Of a stretch of DNA of 39,667 nt, positions 18,807 through 28,767 are shown piece after piece. Numbering within the stretch: the first letter of the stretch is position 1; each line of letters opens with the position of its first letter. Location: the IMG/VR virus record IMGVR_UViG_2645727555_000028, positions 1-39,667 of that record; one strand, given 5' to 3'. The translations under genes were made by a program, and so were the position numbers. The DNA is from a virus. Its lineage: Duplodnaviria > Heunggongvirae > Uroviricota > Caudoviricetes. The notes under the pieces are model-generated. The model ran no database searches, was not told where the DNA came from, and saw only the letters and a program-made list of their open reading frames with translations.

Positions 18807-20540
18807 TTAAAGCGAGCGGATCCCATAGGACTCAATGTGGTCAGACAGCGTGTCTTCTTTCTCGTACAGCATGGCTCTGCCAACCGCCATAATCAGCGCA
18901 ACTGCACCATCGATTTTGTTTTCCGCCTGCTCTTTGACGGGCTTCACCACATCATCGTTACCCGGAATGGTTTTGCCGACCACGTTGCCGATACACCAGG
19001 TCATGATGGGATTGCCATCATGATGAAAGCGCCCCGATTCAATTGCCGCTTCCAGCTCTTTCATCGGGTCGGACATGTTGGTGTAGTTCTGAATGATAGT
19101 GATGGGGTTCAGGTCTTCATCAGCAAGGTCATGTGACAACCCGGTCGCCCCGAAGGGGTCGATGGGTGACTCACTGACCGGGCTGATTTTGTTCGCCGCT
19201 TTGGCCTCCTCGAGGATGTAGCGATAATCCACCTCCGCACCATCGGTAACGGTCAGAACGCCCATTTCCACCCATTTCTGAAAGCGTTCGGCTGTCCGGC
19301 GATCTTCATTTTTCTCGACGCTGTACACCGTGTCATACGGTACCCAGAAACGCGGGGCCACACTGTAGTAATGCGTTTTACCGTCAATCTCGCGGGTATA
19401 AAGTCGCGCCATGCTGTTCATATCCAGCTTACGCGCCAGGTCAAAGGCCAGAATGCACGGCTGCCCCTCGAACTGCTCAAGGGTCAGTGATTTATCCTCG
19501 CAGCTCTGCCAGCTCACCAGGTTGAAATACGCCGAACGCGCCGACACCCAGATATTGAGGTGTTTTGTTTTAAAGACGTTTGCCAGACGGGCGTTATTTT
19601 TCGCACGCTGCTGCTGACTTAACAAAAATTCGCGATAAACCGACACGCCAATATTTGGATTGGCTTTTTCCAGCACCTGCGGGTCGGTCCAGTCGTCACC
19701 TTCATCAACGGTATAGATGATCCCGAACAGTTCATCGTTAGGCACCGAGCCGTTGAGCATCTCGATGACTTCCCGCCGTTTGTCGTAGCACGGCCCCTCA
19801 ATGTTGTACCCGGCGGTAGTGATAGCCCACATCAGTGGCTGACGTCGCGCCCCCATCCCGGTAAGCATCGTGGTGTAAAGCGCATCTGTGGCGTGCTCGT
19901 GATATTCATCCACCACCGCACAGTGGGGTGATGAACCATCACCGGGGTTACCGATCAGCGGTTCAAAACGCGCACCATCCTCCGGACGGTTCATGTTTGA
20001 GGCGTTAACCTCAATCCCGAACGCTTCCGTCAGCATGGGTGTGCGTTTACACATCAGTCTTGCCGGACGAAAGACTTCCCATGCCTGTTTCTCCGTCGTG
20101 GCACCGGAATACACTTCCGCGCCGAACTCGTTATCACAGGCAAAACAATACAGGGCGACACCGGCAGAGATTGCCGATTTGCCGTTCTTACGGGGGATTT
20201 CGGTATACACCTCACGGAAGCGGCGCAGCCGGGAGCCTTTATTGACCCAGCCAAACGCGCAGCAGATCACAAAGAGCTGCCACGGCTCCAGCGTGATGGG
20301 CATCCTCTTAAATGCCCACTCACCCTTAGTGTGCGGCAACAGCTGAATAAATTTCGCGGCCCGTTCAGCCAGGTCCTTGTCGAAGCGGTAACGAAACGAC
20401 TTACTTTTTTCCGCCATCAGGTCATCAAGATGGCGCTGGCAGGCCTGAATCACAAACTGGCAGGCCACAATCTTTCCGCGCACGACATCACGGGCATACT
20501 GATTGGCAGCATTTACGTTGGGGTAAGATTTCCGGCTCAT
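18807..20540 (-). CDS. terminase large subunit
   Basis: 577 aa; ATPase and nuclease arrangement typical of TerL; preceded by the small subunit. Confidence 0.85.
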   Translation of the reverse strand: MSRKSYPNVNAANQYARDVVRGKIVACQFVIQACQRHLDDLMAEKSKSFRYRFDKDLAERAAKFIQLLPHTKGEWAFKRMPITLEPWQLFVICCAFGWVNKGSRLRRFREVYTEIPRKNGKSAISAGVALYCFACDNEFGAEVYSGATTEKQAWEVFRPARLMCKRTPMLTEAFGIEVNASNMNRPEDGARFEPLIGNPGDGSSPHCAVVDEYHEHATDALYTTMLTGMGARRQPLMWAITTAGYNIEGPCYDKRREVIEMLNGSVPNDELFGIIYTVDEGDDWTDPQVLEKANPNIGVSVYREFLLSQQQRAKNNARLANVFKTKHLNIWVSARSAYFNLVSWQSCEDKSLTLEQFEGQPCILAFDLARKLDMNSMARLYTREIDGKTHYYSVAPRFWVPYDTVYSVEKNEDRRTAERFQKWVEMGVLTVTDGAEVDYRYILEEAKAANKISPVSESPIDPFGATGLSHDLADEDLNPITIIQNYTNMSDPMKELEAAIESGRFHHDGNPIMTWCIGNVVGKTIPGNDDVVKPVKEQAENKIDGAVALIMAVGRAMLYEKEDTLSDHIESYGIRSL

Positions 20541-21040
20541 GATTCGATGATTTTCAGAAACGGGTTAGTGGCTTTCTTCTGCCCCGCCAGGCCAATCAGA
20601 CGCTGGCGGCTGCTGGGGTCGAGTCCGAGCATTGCCCCCGTACTGCTCATCTCGGACTCCTGTTCTTTTTTGGCGGTCAGCTCCGGATTTTTGACCCTGC
20701 CGCCCATTGCACCGGTGATGGTGTTGCCCTGTCTGGCAATATTTTTCACGGCACGTCGCCAGAACTCGTAGGCCACGCACCACCGCTCAAGCACCGCGAG
20801 GTCAGTCACGCACAGCAGGCCCTGACCGCAGAGTTCTTTAGTTGTCAGTTGCCACATGATCGTAGCGAGAGGGAGATCTTCTTCAGCGAACCACTCCGGT
20901 GGCTCAACACCTTTGATGGGCGTAAAAACAGGTTCATCTTTATTCAGGGCTCGCTTGCCGGGGTTTCCGGCCAGCGCCTTGCGCGCCGTTGGCTTGGGGC
21001 GACGCCCGGAACGCCCCGCCGTTCCAGCCATATGCGGCAC
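20537..21040 (-). CDS. terminase small subunit (P27 family)
   Basis: 167 aa, N-terminal basic region; stop overlaps the TerL start. Confidence 0.75.
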   Translation of the reverse strand: MPHMAGTAGRSGRRPKPTARKALAGNPGKRALNKDEPVFTPIKGVEPPEWFAEEDLPLATIMWQLTTKELCGQGLLCVTDLAVLERWCVAYEFWRRAVKNIARQGNTITGAMGGRVKNPELTAKKEQESEMSSTGAMLGLDPSSRQRLIGLAGQKKATNPFLKIIES

Positions 21041-21156
21041 TCCTGGTTAAATTTCATTTTTCGCGGGTATAAAAAAACGATGGGGCGGGCAGTCCGGAAG
21101 ACGTCAGGTCACAGGGATTTGACCCGCCCCTCCCCTCTGGCAGTGGGAACTGGTTC
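21041..21156. other. candidate cos/packaging-site region
   Basis: GC-rich inverted repeat ggggcggg...cccgcccc between the HNH and TerS genes, the usual place for cos in HNH-TerS-TerL phages. Confidence 0.3.
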
Positions 21157-21507
21157 TTACTTCAACCGTTCACGGGCCGTCTTCGCCTTATGACACGGCC
21201 AGCACAGACTCTGCAAATTACTGTCGGCATCAGTGCCGCCATGTGCTTTAGGGATGATGTGGTCAACGGTTTTCGCCTCGCGCACCACACCGGCACGCAA
21301 ACACAACTGACACAGGCCTTTGTCACGCTTGAGTACACGTTCACGGATAACATCCCATTTCGAACCATAACCGCGCTGGTGTCGGGACTGGCCTGGCTTG
21401 TATTGCTTCCAGCCTTCGCTTTTGTGGCTTTCGCAGTAGCCTGACGGGTCTGTGGTGGTATTACGGCAACCTCGAGCACGGCAGGCTTTCGGGATTCGTG
21501 GCGGCAT
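21157..21507 (-). CDS. HNH endonuclease (terminase-associated)
   Basis: 116 aa; Cys pairs and the HNH motif region DHIIPKAHGG...N..SLCWPCH. Confidence 0.8.
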   Translation of the reverse strand: MPPRIPKACRARGCRNTTTDPSGYCESHKSEGWKQYKPGQSRHQRGYGSKWDVIRERVLKRDKGLCQLCLRAGVVREAKTVDHIIPKAHGGTDADSNLQSLCWPCHKAKTARERLK

Positions 21508-21719
21508 ATGTACTAATCTCCGATTTATCCAAATTTAACTGCCATAATGCCGACATTCTCTGCCATTGTTGGCTCCGTTTATCCGTTAAAAGGGATATCA
21601 GTTAAGTTATCCCGTGTAGGGTATAAACCATTATCAAAGCCACTCTGTAGGGAGTGGCTTTTGTAATGACAATAAAAAGCCCCGCGAATACGAGGCTTTT
21701 AGCATGTGGAAAAGGAAGT

Positions 21720-21971
21720 TTATTGTAACTTTTCAAGATAAGGAGCTATGTTGCTAACTTTTTTGTAGTTCAGATCATCCGGTAGTTGAACAGCAGGATT
21801 ATATACAACCCATATAGATTCAGACTTGCCATCTGAACCATCTGTGTTTTTACATGAGCGTAACTTGTAATGAATGATTCTATCTACGTCAGCGTACTCG
21901 GAGGTTGCATAAACTTCATATTTATTATCTCCATGGAAAAGGATAGTTTTAACTAATTTTGTAGATGACAT
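21720..21971 (-). CDS. hypothetical moron protein (83 aa)
   Basis: AT-rich ORF flanked by hairpin/T-run terminator-like elements (about 21640-21700), between the lysis cassette and the packaging genes. Confidence 0.45.
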   Translation of the reverse strand: MSSTKLVKTILFHGDNKYEVYATSEYADVDRIIHYKLRSCKNTDGSDGKSESIWVVYNPAVQLPDDLNYKKVSNIAPYLEKLQ

Positions 21972-22089
21972 GTCTGCTCCTTTGTAATTGATGGGTATGA
22001 CATATGACCACCAATAACAATGCCATATTTCTGGTGATTATTGCAGCAGCGAAATTACAAACCAAACCCAAAGATGGGCTTTGTAATGA

Positions 22090-22365
22090 CTACAGTAACG
22101 AACTGCACAATGCGCCTGTATTTCGAGGATGACGTCCAAATACGTTAATCTTCTCGCGAACGCTCTCACTACACATTCGCTCTACAATTCGCCAAACAAC
22201 CTTTTCAGGTAAAAATTTCGGCGCTAGTGCTGAAATAGCACGCCACAGACCCCGACTAAGCGAGCATGCTGTGCTACCGAAACTAAAGATGGCGAACGAA
22301 ATAGACGTGATAAACGCCCAGCACCCAGAGAGAAAAGCTGAGATGCGGTGATAAAGCTTAGTCAT
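22090..22365 (-). CDS. hypothetical membrane protein (91 aa)
   Basis: hydrophobic N-terminal half; directly downstream of Rz. Confidence 0.4.
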   Translation of the reverse strand: MTKLYHRISAFLSGCWAFITSISFAIFSFGSTACSLSRGLWRAISALAPKFLPEKVVWRIVERMCSESVREKINVFGRHPRNTGALCSSLL

Positions 22366-22400
22366 GTATTGCTCCTGTTTTTTTGGTTTTCATCGCCCGA

Positions 22401-22838
22401 TCATTTCAGGCATTGCGTCCTGATGTATTCCTGCAGGTAGTTAACCTGCGCGGTTATCCTGTCGATTCCACTTCTGAGACGGTAATAATTGAGTTCAGCA
22501 TCTGCTGTAAGTCTTGGGCTTTCTCCATCGCCCATGCTGCTGGCTCCGGTCGTTGACTTTGCACAGGTGGCGGCGACTTGCAGGCGCTTACGACCAGCAG
22601 AAACATCAGCACGGAGACTTTCGATAGTCGCGTTAGCATCAGCAAGCTCCTTTGTGTATCTGGCGTCGAGTTCTGCTACATCACGTTGACGCTTCTGCAT
22701 ATCAGCGATGATGGATGCGGCTTTATCGCGCTGCTCTTTGTAGGTCATGGCGTTATCACGGTAATGATTAACAGCCCATGACAGGCAGACGATGATGCAG
22801 ATAACCAGAGTGGAGATAATCGCGGTGACTCTGCTCAT
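22401..22838 (-). CDS. Rz: i-spanin Rz
   Basis: 145 aa; N-terminus [29 protein letters not shown] is close to my recollection of lambda Rz. Confidence 0.85.
   Translation of the reverse strand: MSRVTAIISTLVICIIVCLSWAVNHYRDNAMTYKEQRDKAASIIADMQKRQRDVAELDARYTKELADANATIESLRADVSAGRKRLQVAATCAKSTTGASSMGDGESPRLTADAELNYYRLRSGIDRITAQVNYLQEYIRTQCLK
22454..22645 (-). CDS. Rz1: o-spanin Rz1 (lipoprotein), embedded in Rz in another frame
   Basis: 63-aa ORF with signal peptide and lipobox (LVVSAC) and a Pro-rich mature part. Confidence 0.7.
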   Translation of the reverse strand: MLMLTRLSKVSVLMFLLVVSACKSPPPVQSQRPEPAAWAMEKAQDLQQMLNSIITVSEVESTG

Positions 22839-23311
22839 ACCTCAATCTCTCTGACCGTTCCGCCCGCTTCTTTGAATTTTGCAATCAGGCTGTCAGCCTT
22901 ATGCTCGAACTGACCATAACCAGCGCCCGGCAGTGAAGCCCAGATATTGCTGCAACGGTCGATTGCCTGACGAATATCGCCGCGGTCAATCATCGGTAAA
23001 GCGCCACGCTCTTTAATCTGCTGTAATGCCACTGAGTCCTGGCTTCTGGGAGAGAAGTCTTTCAGCCCAAGTTGCTTGCGGTAAGCATCCCACCAACGTG
23101 AAAGAAGTTGATAACGGCCTGCAGCTGTTGATTTGAGTTTCGGGTTTAGCGTGACAAGTTTGCGAGGGTGATCGGAGTAATCAGTGAAGAGTTCGCCACC
23201 GACAATAACGTCATAACCGTGGTTACGTGTCGGTTGTCGCCCGTTATCCGTTCCTTCTGACCATGCCACCATATCCAGGAAAGCTTTACGCTGGGAATTT
23301 AGTACCTGCAT
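22835..23311 (-). CDS. R: endolysin (lambda R-like lytic transglycosylase)
   Basis: 158 aa; ...[46 protein letters not shown]... is close to my recollection of lambda R. Confidence 0.9.
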   Translation of the reverse strand: MQVLNSQRKAFLDMVAWSEGTDNGRQPTRNHGYDVIVGGELFTDYSDHPRKLVTLNPKLKSTAAGRYQLLSRWWDAYRKQLGLKDFSPRSQDSVALQQIKERGALPMIDRGDIRQAIDRCSNIWASLPGAGYGQFEHKADSLIAKFKEAGGTVREIEV

Positions 23312-23314
23312 AAA

Positions 23315-23665
23315 TTACTCCTTAGAGCCACCAAACTTGTTACCGATTACTCTCATTGCAGCCCCACGAATAGCATCGACACCGATCAACCCAACGCCAC
23401 CACCAATGGCAACAGAAAGCGATTTAGGCCATCCGACATACTCAAGAGCGGATGCAAAAGTCAGCGTCAGAGCGCCGCAGAGCAAAATCTCGAGCGTTTT
23501 TCGCTTCCAGCCACCACCACCGCCAAAATAGGCAATGCGCAAGCCAGCCATAACGATCGACATAATTACTGCGCCCAGCGGTGTGTCTCCACGCCACCAG
23601 CTCTGTAACAATTCAAGTAAGTCAGACCAGGAATGAGGATCGTTATGCATTTTCATAATTCCCAC
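23315..23665 (-). CDS. putative holin
   Basis: 116 aa with hydrophobic segments, immediately upstream of the endolysin. Confidence 0.6.
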   Translation of the reverse strand: MGIMKMHNDPHSWSDLLELLQSWWRGDTPLGAVIMSIVMAGLRIAYFGGGGGWKRKTLEILLCGALTLTFASALEYVGWPKSLSVAIGGGVGLIGVDAIRGAAMRVIGNKFGGSKE

Positions 23666-23787
23666 CTCCGGTTATCGGAAGTGCAACGAGTGAAGGGAAA
23701 GAAGCTGGTTATAGCGCTGAGTCGCAAAAGTTGCGTAGTGCACAAAAAAGGCCGCCCACAGGCAGCCTCTTTTTATAATTCATTGAG

Positions 23788-24030
23788 TTAACAACATTTA
23801 AATGCTGGTGGTATAGAAGGTTTTTCACCAGAACGACAAGCCGGACACCATGACTGAACGATATGCCTTCCGTCTCCCATATCCCTATAACCAAAGTCTA
23901 TTGTTTTATAAAAAACGTGCACTCCGGCATCAGCAGAACATTTTGGGCAAGATTTATATTCAACGCCATCTTGTTCAACTTCTCGTGAATAACTTAATGA
24001 CTGCTCACAAACAGAACAACGCTCCACCAT
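23788..24030 (-). CDS. small zinc-ribbon protein (80 aa), moron between Q and lysis genes
   Basis: three CxxC pairs; AGGAGA RBS; AT-rich. Confidence 0.55.
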   Translation of the reverse strand: MVERCSVCEQSLSYSREVEQDGVEYKSCPKCSADAGVHVFYKTIDFGYRDMGDGRHIVQSWCPACRSGEKPSIPPAFKCC

Positions 24031-24318
24031 ATATGCTCTCCTGTTTTTGATAGAGATTTATGGGTAGCAATTCCATTCAAAAGAAACATTGAAGGGTGTC
24101 ACTTTTTCAAAATGAGCGTAGCTGGCTGCCAGTTTTTTGTACAACACACTTTAAGGAAGGAGAGCCTTAAAAACACAATTGACATCAATAAAAAACTGCT
24201 CGGTGGCGGTTTCTTGAAGATTATCAACGGTAGACACACAAAGCCCATCGTTAGGAGAATCCTAACCAGATTTTTTGAAAAATGCAAGAATCATGTCGCT
24301 ATCTTCGGCGAAAATTAT

Positions 24319-25071
24319 TTATCTCGTCACTTTTCTTAATTGCGCCTCAGCATATGCTTCTTCCTGCCAGCACTTTGTCACCAGTTTATCAATGACATCT
24401 GCATATCCTTTGTACCACTGATAATCCGTCAGGTCTGGTACCAGCTTCTGGACATGATGCCGCGCCAGTGTGGTTGGTAAACGGCTAAACCGGTTTCCAT
24501 TGCAACGCCCACAAATCTTATAAACAGGCGTGCCATGAAGCCGGGTCCTTTTTTCATCCAGGACAATACCTTTACCCTTACACCCTCTGCACGCTGTGCT
24601 GACTTCTCCCTTACCATGACAATGCTGACATAGTTCCTTCACCCACTCCTCCTTGATAACAGATTCCCCGCTTCTGGAGTGTTTCACCACTTCGCGCAAT
24701 ACATTATGAAATCCAGTACCAGCACAATGCTCACAACGAGCCTTACTTGCCGCAGACCTGGAATAATCAGCAAAGGCAAAATTCACAAGGTAAGAAATGA
24801 TCTGTAGCCGGGTTTCTTCACTCAATTTGTTCAATGTCAGGTTATCCAGTGCCATCGCGTAATTGAGCAGACCTTCAATCGCAAACTGAGGATCCTGAAC
24901 ACCAACTTTTGCCAGGAATAAGGCAAACCCAAGCGGTGCTTTCGACTGCACCATCCCCTGCGCAGCCATCACATCCGTAATCGTTAAACCACCCGAGCCT
25001 GTCGCCGGTGCGTCATCGCTCAGTTTTGGAGATTTTGGGGAGTAATATTTTGGTAAGGCTTCAAGGTTCAT
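24319..25071 (-). CDS. late-gene antitermination protein Q-like
   Basis: 250 aa with a Cys-rich zinc-binding region (CEHCAGTG...CQHCHGKG...CRGCKGKG); position just upstream of the lysis genes. Confidence 0.7.
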   Translation of the reverse strand: MNLEALPKYYSPKSPKLSDDAPATGSGGLTITDVMAAQGMVQSKAPLGFALFLAKVGVQDPQFAIEGLLNYAMALDNLTLNKLSEETRLQIISYLVNFAFADYSRSAASKARCEHCAGTGFHNVLREVVKHSRSGESVIKEEWVKELCQHCHGKGEVSTACRGCKGKGIVLDEKRTRLHGTPVYKICGRCNGNRFSRLPTTLARHHVQKLVPDLTDYQWYKGYADVIDKLVTKCWQEEAYAEAQLRKVTR

Positions 25072-25084
25072 GCTCGTTCTCCAC

Positions 25085-26080
25085 TTACGCCAGTACGCCT
25101 ATTGCCAGCGCACGATCGATAAAACGAAATATCAGCTCCAGCTGGGAGCCATACTTCTCTTCAAATGCCACGGTATCCGCATGCAGCTCGTCGTGATGCT
25201 TTCTGCACAAAGGCAACACAAAGAGATCATGCGCTTTTGTACCCATTCCACCCTGACCGTGGCCTATCAGGTGGTGGGGATCATCAGCAGGCTTTCCACA
25301 ACATGCACACGGCTGCGTCTTAACCCAGCGCGTGTACTTTTCATTAACCCAGCGGCGACGTTTTGGGCGTAACATAAAAGACTCCGGCGACTCCGGATCC
25401 ACTTTCAGCGCCAGCACCTTTTTCGCCTTATCCTGGATGATGCTGGTGGCAGGAACCGAAGGCACAAGGTCACTTTCCCGGGTGACAGACGGCACAACAG
25501 GCTTCGGTAATCTCAGTGCCTTACGGGCTGCACTTTCCGGTAAGGCATCCGCCAGGTCATTACGAATCAGCCACCAGCACAGTTCCGGCATTGTCACAAC
25601 GTGACTATCATCAAAACCGAGATCCCGACGCACGACAGACAACACCCAGCGGGCACAGTTATCCGTTGCCATTGACTCCAGCCGTTCCGTGAACTGATCA
25701 CGCAGCTGGTTATCGCAGTGCCAGCACAGACGGATTGCGCCCGGCGCGTGTCGCATTGTTGTCATGTTCTCGCTGTGCCAGTCGGAATGAGGCCACTGGC
25801 AGCCTTTTTCACGAAGTAACCAGCTTTCAAGACATTCCACGCCACCAGCACGACGGATCACTGCCTCATTGCGGAACACGGCCCGAACAGCAGGATCATC
25901 CGCCAGCGGTTGTGATGCCGCCGGAACGGCACCACTGGCAAAAGATGAATAACGTTCTGGCTCAGGCTCCAGCAGGACACGCCCCTGCATAAACAGGGGC
26001 ATCAGCTCTGAACCTGGCCTGAACAATACGATCCCCATACGCGGGGCAATTTCAGGGGTCAGTAGTGCTCTCACGGTCAC
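25085..26080 (-). CDS. DUF968-like protein with C-terminal HNH-like motif
   Basis: 331 aa; C-terminus CACCGKPADDPHHLIGHGQGGMGTKAHDLFVLPLCRKHHDELH; nin-region position. Confidence 0.6.
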   Translation of the reverse strand: MTVRALLTPEIAPRMGIVLFRPGSELMPLFMQGRVLLEPEPERYSSFASGAVPAASQPLADDPAVRAVFRNEAVIRRAGGVECLESWLLREKGCQWPHSDWHSENMTTMRHAPGAIRLCWHCDNQLRDQFTERLESMATDNCARWVLSVVRRDLGFDDSHVVTMPELCWWLIRNDLADALPESAARKALRLPKPVVPSVTRESDLVPSVPATSIIQDKAKKVLALKVDPESPESFMLRPKRRRWVNEKYTRWVKTQPCACCGKPADDPHHLIGHGQGGMGTKAHDLFVLPLCRKHHDELHADTVAFEEKYGSQLELIFRFIDRALAIGVLA

Positions 26081-26081
26081 C

Positions 26082-26924
26082 TCAATGAACGGTATCGAGC
26101 AGCTTTAACAGCTCAGGGAATCGGGATTCGAAGAAATGCGGCTGCGTCTCACGCGGATTTGCCGGACTGGTGATGTTCTTGCCGAACATGCAGCCTTTCG
26201 CCGTCAGCGACCAGAATTTTTTGATGTTATTAATCGCGGTACGGCTGTATCGTTCGCGCTGTTCGACGATCCCCAGTTTCACCATCTGGTGATATGCCTG
26301 ATTAGCCGTCAGGCGTATACCATACTGTTTCAGCAGTGCGCTCAGTGACAGTGTCGGGCGACTTGAGCCATCGAGTGCATCAGCAGGAGCATCAATGGCA
26401 TAGCGCGGTGCCAGATTCGGTAAGCCAACAGCCTCCTGGAGTTTCTGACAGGCACCAAGCACTGAAGAGTTAGACAGGTTTAACTCCCGGCGCATAAAGT
26501 CCAGCAGAATCACTCCAGCCTGCATCTTGTCAGCAGCCTGTCCGGATAATTTTTCCGGTGCGCTGGTTACCATATCGAAAGTACGGATCACCTTCAGATG
26601 GAATGACGGGCTGATCCACATTGCATAGGCATACACCAGTTCCTTGCAGACATACGTTCCCCGTTCATTTCCCCCATGAATCACACTCACCGGGTCAACA
26701 CCCAAATTCTGGGTGTTGGTCAATTCATGAACAAGCTCAACAGTTTGTTGGCTGGAAAGAAACTTTCCCGGCTCCTTGGTTCTGGCATTTGCACCAGATG
26801 CTACTGCTGCGCGATGCAGATCGTTCAGGCTGTAACGCCCATAAGCATCACGACGAACTTCAATACCATCAATGACCATCAGATTATTCATACTTCGTTT
26901 CTCCTCTTGATCAGGCGGCTGCAC
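26082..26924 (-). CDS. KilA-N domain protein
   Basis: 280 aa; N-terminal KilA-N-like segment (VIDGIEVRRDAYGRYSLNDLHRAAV...); true start may be the internal Met (MNNLMV). Confidence 0.6.
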   Translation of the reverse strand: MQPPDQEEKRSMNNLMVIDGIEVRRDAYGRYSLNDLHRAAVASGANARTKEPGKFLSSQQTVELVHELTNTQNLGVDPVSVIHGGNERGTYVCKELVYAYAMWISPSFHLKVIRTFDMVTSAPEKLSGQAADKMQAGVILLDFMRRELNLSNSSVLGACQKLQEAVGLPNLAPRYAIDAPADALDGSSRPTLSLSALLKQYGIRLTANQAYHQMVKLGIVEQRERYSRTAINNIKKFWSLTAKGCMFGKNITSPANPRETQPHFFESRFPELLKLLDTVH

Positions 26925-27300
26925 CCGCCGTTTTATCGTACTTACTGATAGTGATCTCGACCTTCCCTTTCGGGATAACCGGTCCCCACTCCACCAGCAT
27001 TCTTTTCACCTGACTGTCGTCTTCCCACACACCCGCATGGGTCAGGGCGTCAAACAGCGCCTTGTTATAGTTGTCCAGATCGCGGATCCGGTTATCCGGA
27101 GGAAACAACACGATCTCCACTGAAGCAGGTGCCGACGTTGGTTTCGGCAGACGACGTAACTGCTCAACTATTGCTGCGCACGCCGCGCTCTGGAATTTTC
27201 GCCCCGCCGAGCTTATCAGGCTCTTACCAGCAAACGCCCCTTTGTTGGGGTGTCGCCAGTACGTGTTCACGCTGGGCGGAAAAGGCAGGATCAGCTTCAT
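26911..27300 (-). CDS. rusA: Holliday-junction resolvase RusA
   Basis: 129 aa; N-terminal LPFPPSVNTYWRH and ..DLDNYNKALFDALT.. are RusA hallmarks. Confidence 0.85.
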   Translation of the reverse strand: MKLILPFPPSVNTYWRHPNKGAFAGKSLISSAGRKFQSAACAAIVEQLRRLPKPTSAPASVEIVLFPPDNRIRDLDNYNKALFDALTHAGVWEDDSQVKRMLVEWGPVIPKGKVEITISKYDKTAGAAA

Positions 27301-27623
27301 ACTTTCAGGTCCCTCTCATGTAACCAGTGGGTTGCACGCAGCCTTGCGTTTTCCTCACCGGCAAGCAGTGCGCGGATAATCCCGACCGCCTCGCTGTCGT
27401 TGTCCTTCACCGCGGTATGTAGCGTTATCCCCCGGGCCACGCCACGCTTTATCGTGATGACGCCTTTTTTCTCCAGTGCGCGAAGATGCTCCACCGCTGC
27501 ATTCACTGAACGGTATCCCAGCATGGTTGCCACCTCCTGATTGGTTGGCGGGAAGCCACGTTCTTTCTGATAAGAAATCAGCATATCCAGCACCTGCTGC
27601 TGGCATTGAGTTAACGTCGTCAT
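27297..27623 (-). CDS. LexA-N-terminal-like winged-helix DNA-binding protein
   Basis: 108 aa; resembles the LexA DNA-binding domain only, no peptidase domain. Confidence 0.55.
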   Translation of the reverse strand: MTTLTQCQQQVLDMLISYQKERGFPPTNQEVATMLGYRSVNAAVEHLRALEKKGVITIKRGVARGITLHTAVKDNDSEAVGIIRALLAGEENARLRATHWLHERDLKV

Positions 27624-28306
27624 GCCGCCATCTCCCTGACCAGTTTTTCCGCCTGCTGGCGAACCTGCGCCAGAAACGCCTCACCACATGCCTCAAGTTC
27701 ATCGCGCCCGATGTAGCTGATTGCCGGTCCCTTCCAGGTCTTATCGAAAACAGCAATAGCACCAGCGAAGAAAGCGCCTGTCGGCACCTGCTTCTCATCC
27801 TTCGGGATAAACCAGGCAGGCAGTTCAAAACCAATACGCCCGCGAATAAAAGCAATATGGTCCGCATCTTCCGGCCACCACACTTCGCTGGTGGCAGCTT
27901 TGATCAGGAAAACATAGCGCCCGCCCTTATCACGCATGGCACTGGCATGTTTCATGATGTAACGCATGCCGGTGATGTATTGCCCCTCATGCTGACTGGC
28001 GCGGCTGTACGGGGGATTACCAAAGGCAGCACCTTTAAGCTCCGCAAGACGTTCTGACCAGTCATGCGCCAGCGCGTTATCTTCCGCCGTGTAATACGCG
28101 GCACATTTGGCGTTATCACCGTCAGTAAACAGATCCAGAACAAACGGGCCAAACAGGGTGTTAATTCCCCAGAAAATGTTGTCCGGCGTGCGCCACTGAT
28201 CGCCCACTTCCTTCAGTTCATGGGCTGGTTTGTTCCGCAGTTCCACCAGCGCCTGGCAATATTTATTACTCATTAAGCCCCCACGTAATTCCCTGACAGA
28301 TACCAC
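27620..28306 (-). CDS. phage DNA N6-adenine methyltransferase
   Basis: 228 aa with NPPY catalytic motif (FGNPPYS). Confidence 0.8.
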   Translation of the reverse strand: MVSVRELRGGLMSNKYCQALVELRNKPAHELKEVGDQWRTPDNIFWGINTLFGPFVLDLFTDGDNAKCAAYYTAEDNALAHDWSERLAELKGAAFGNPPYSRASQHEGQYITGMRYIMKHASAMRDKGGRYVFLIKAATSEVWWPEDADHIAFIRGRIGFELPAWFIPKDEKQVPTGAFFAGAIAVFDKTWKGPAISYIGRDELEACGEAFLAQVRQQAEKLVREMAA

Positions 28307-28767
28307 TCTTCACCCGATGCAGCGCGCTTGCTGCTTTTCCGTAAGCACCGCTCACGACGCGCCAGAAAATTGTTTCGTTCTGGCTGGGAGTGGCTTTCAC
28401 GGAATGCCGCCATCCACACGGTTGCAGCACGACGGTATAAGCCCCTGGACTCCAGTTCTTCAGCCTGGCGGGTCAGGCACAAAATCACCCGTGGATCGTT
28501 AGTGCCGACATAGAAATTGCGCACAGGTCTGGTTTCTCGAACTGGTTGTGGTTCCGGTTCCTGCGCTCTCTCAGTCAGGCGCGGGAAATGTCTGTGTGTA
28601 TCTCCTTCACAACGGTGAGCCACACGCCCACTCTGACGTAACTTGCTTGCTGACTGCAGAACGCGCTGCCGTGAGTAACCTGCAAAAGCATCCGCAATGT
28701 CTCCGGAAGTACAGCCCGGATGGGCTTCAATGAATTTCTGAACGTCATTCAAAAGACTCATGCTCAC
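28273..28767 (-). CDS. hypothetical DNA-binding protein (possible wHTH)
   Basis: 164 aa, basic; between the replication and methylase genes. Confidence 0.35.
   Translation of the reverse strand: MSMSLLNDVQKFIEAHPGCTSGDIADAFAGYSRQRVLQSASKLRQSGRVAHRCEGDTHRHFPRLTERAQEPEPQPVRETRPVRNFYVGTNDPRVILCLTRQAEELESRGLYRRAATVWMAAFRESHSQPERNNFLARRERCLRKSSKRAASGEEWYLSGNYVGA

Noticed and set aside
22004-22132. 42-aa plus-strand hydrophobic mini-ORF (MTTNNNAIFLVIIAAAK...) between the two moron genes
   Set aside because: No recognisable RBS and opposite orientation to all surrounding genes; could be a type-I-toxin-like peptide but evidence is too thin
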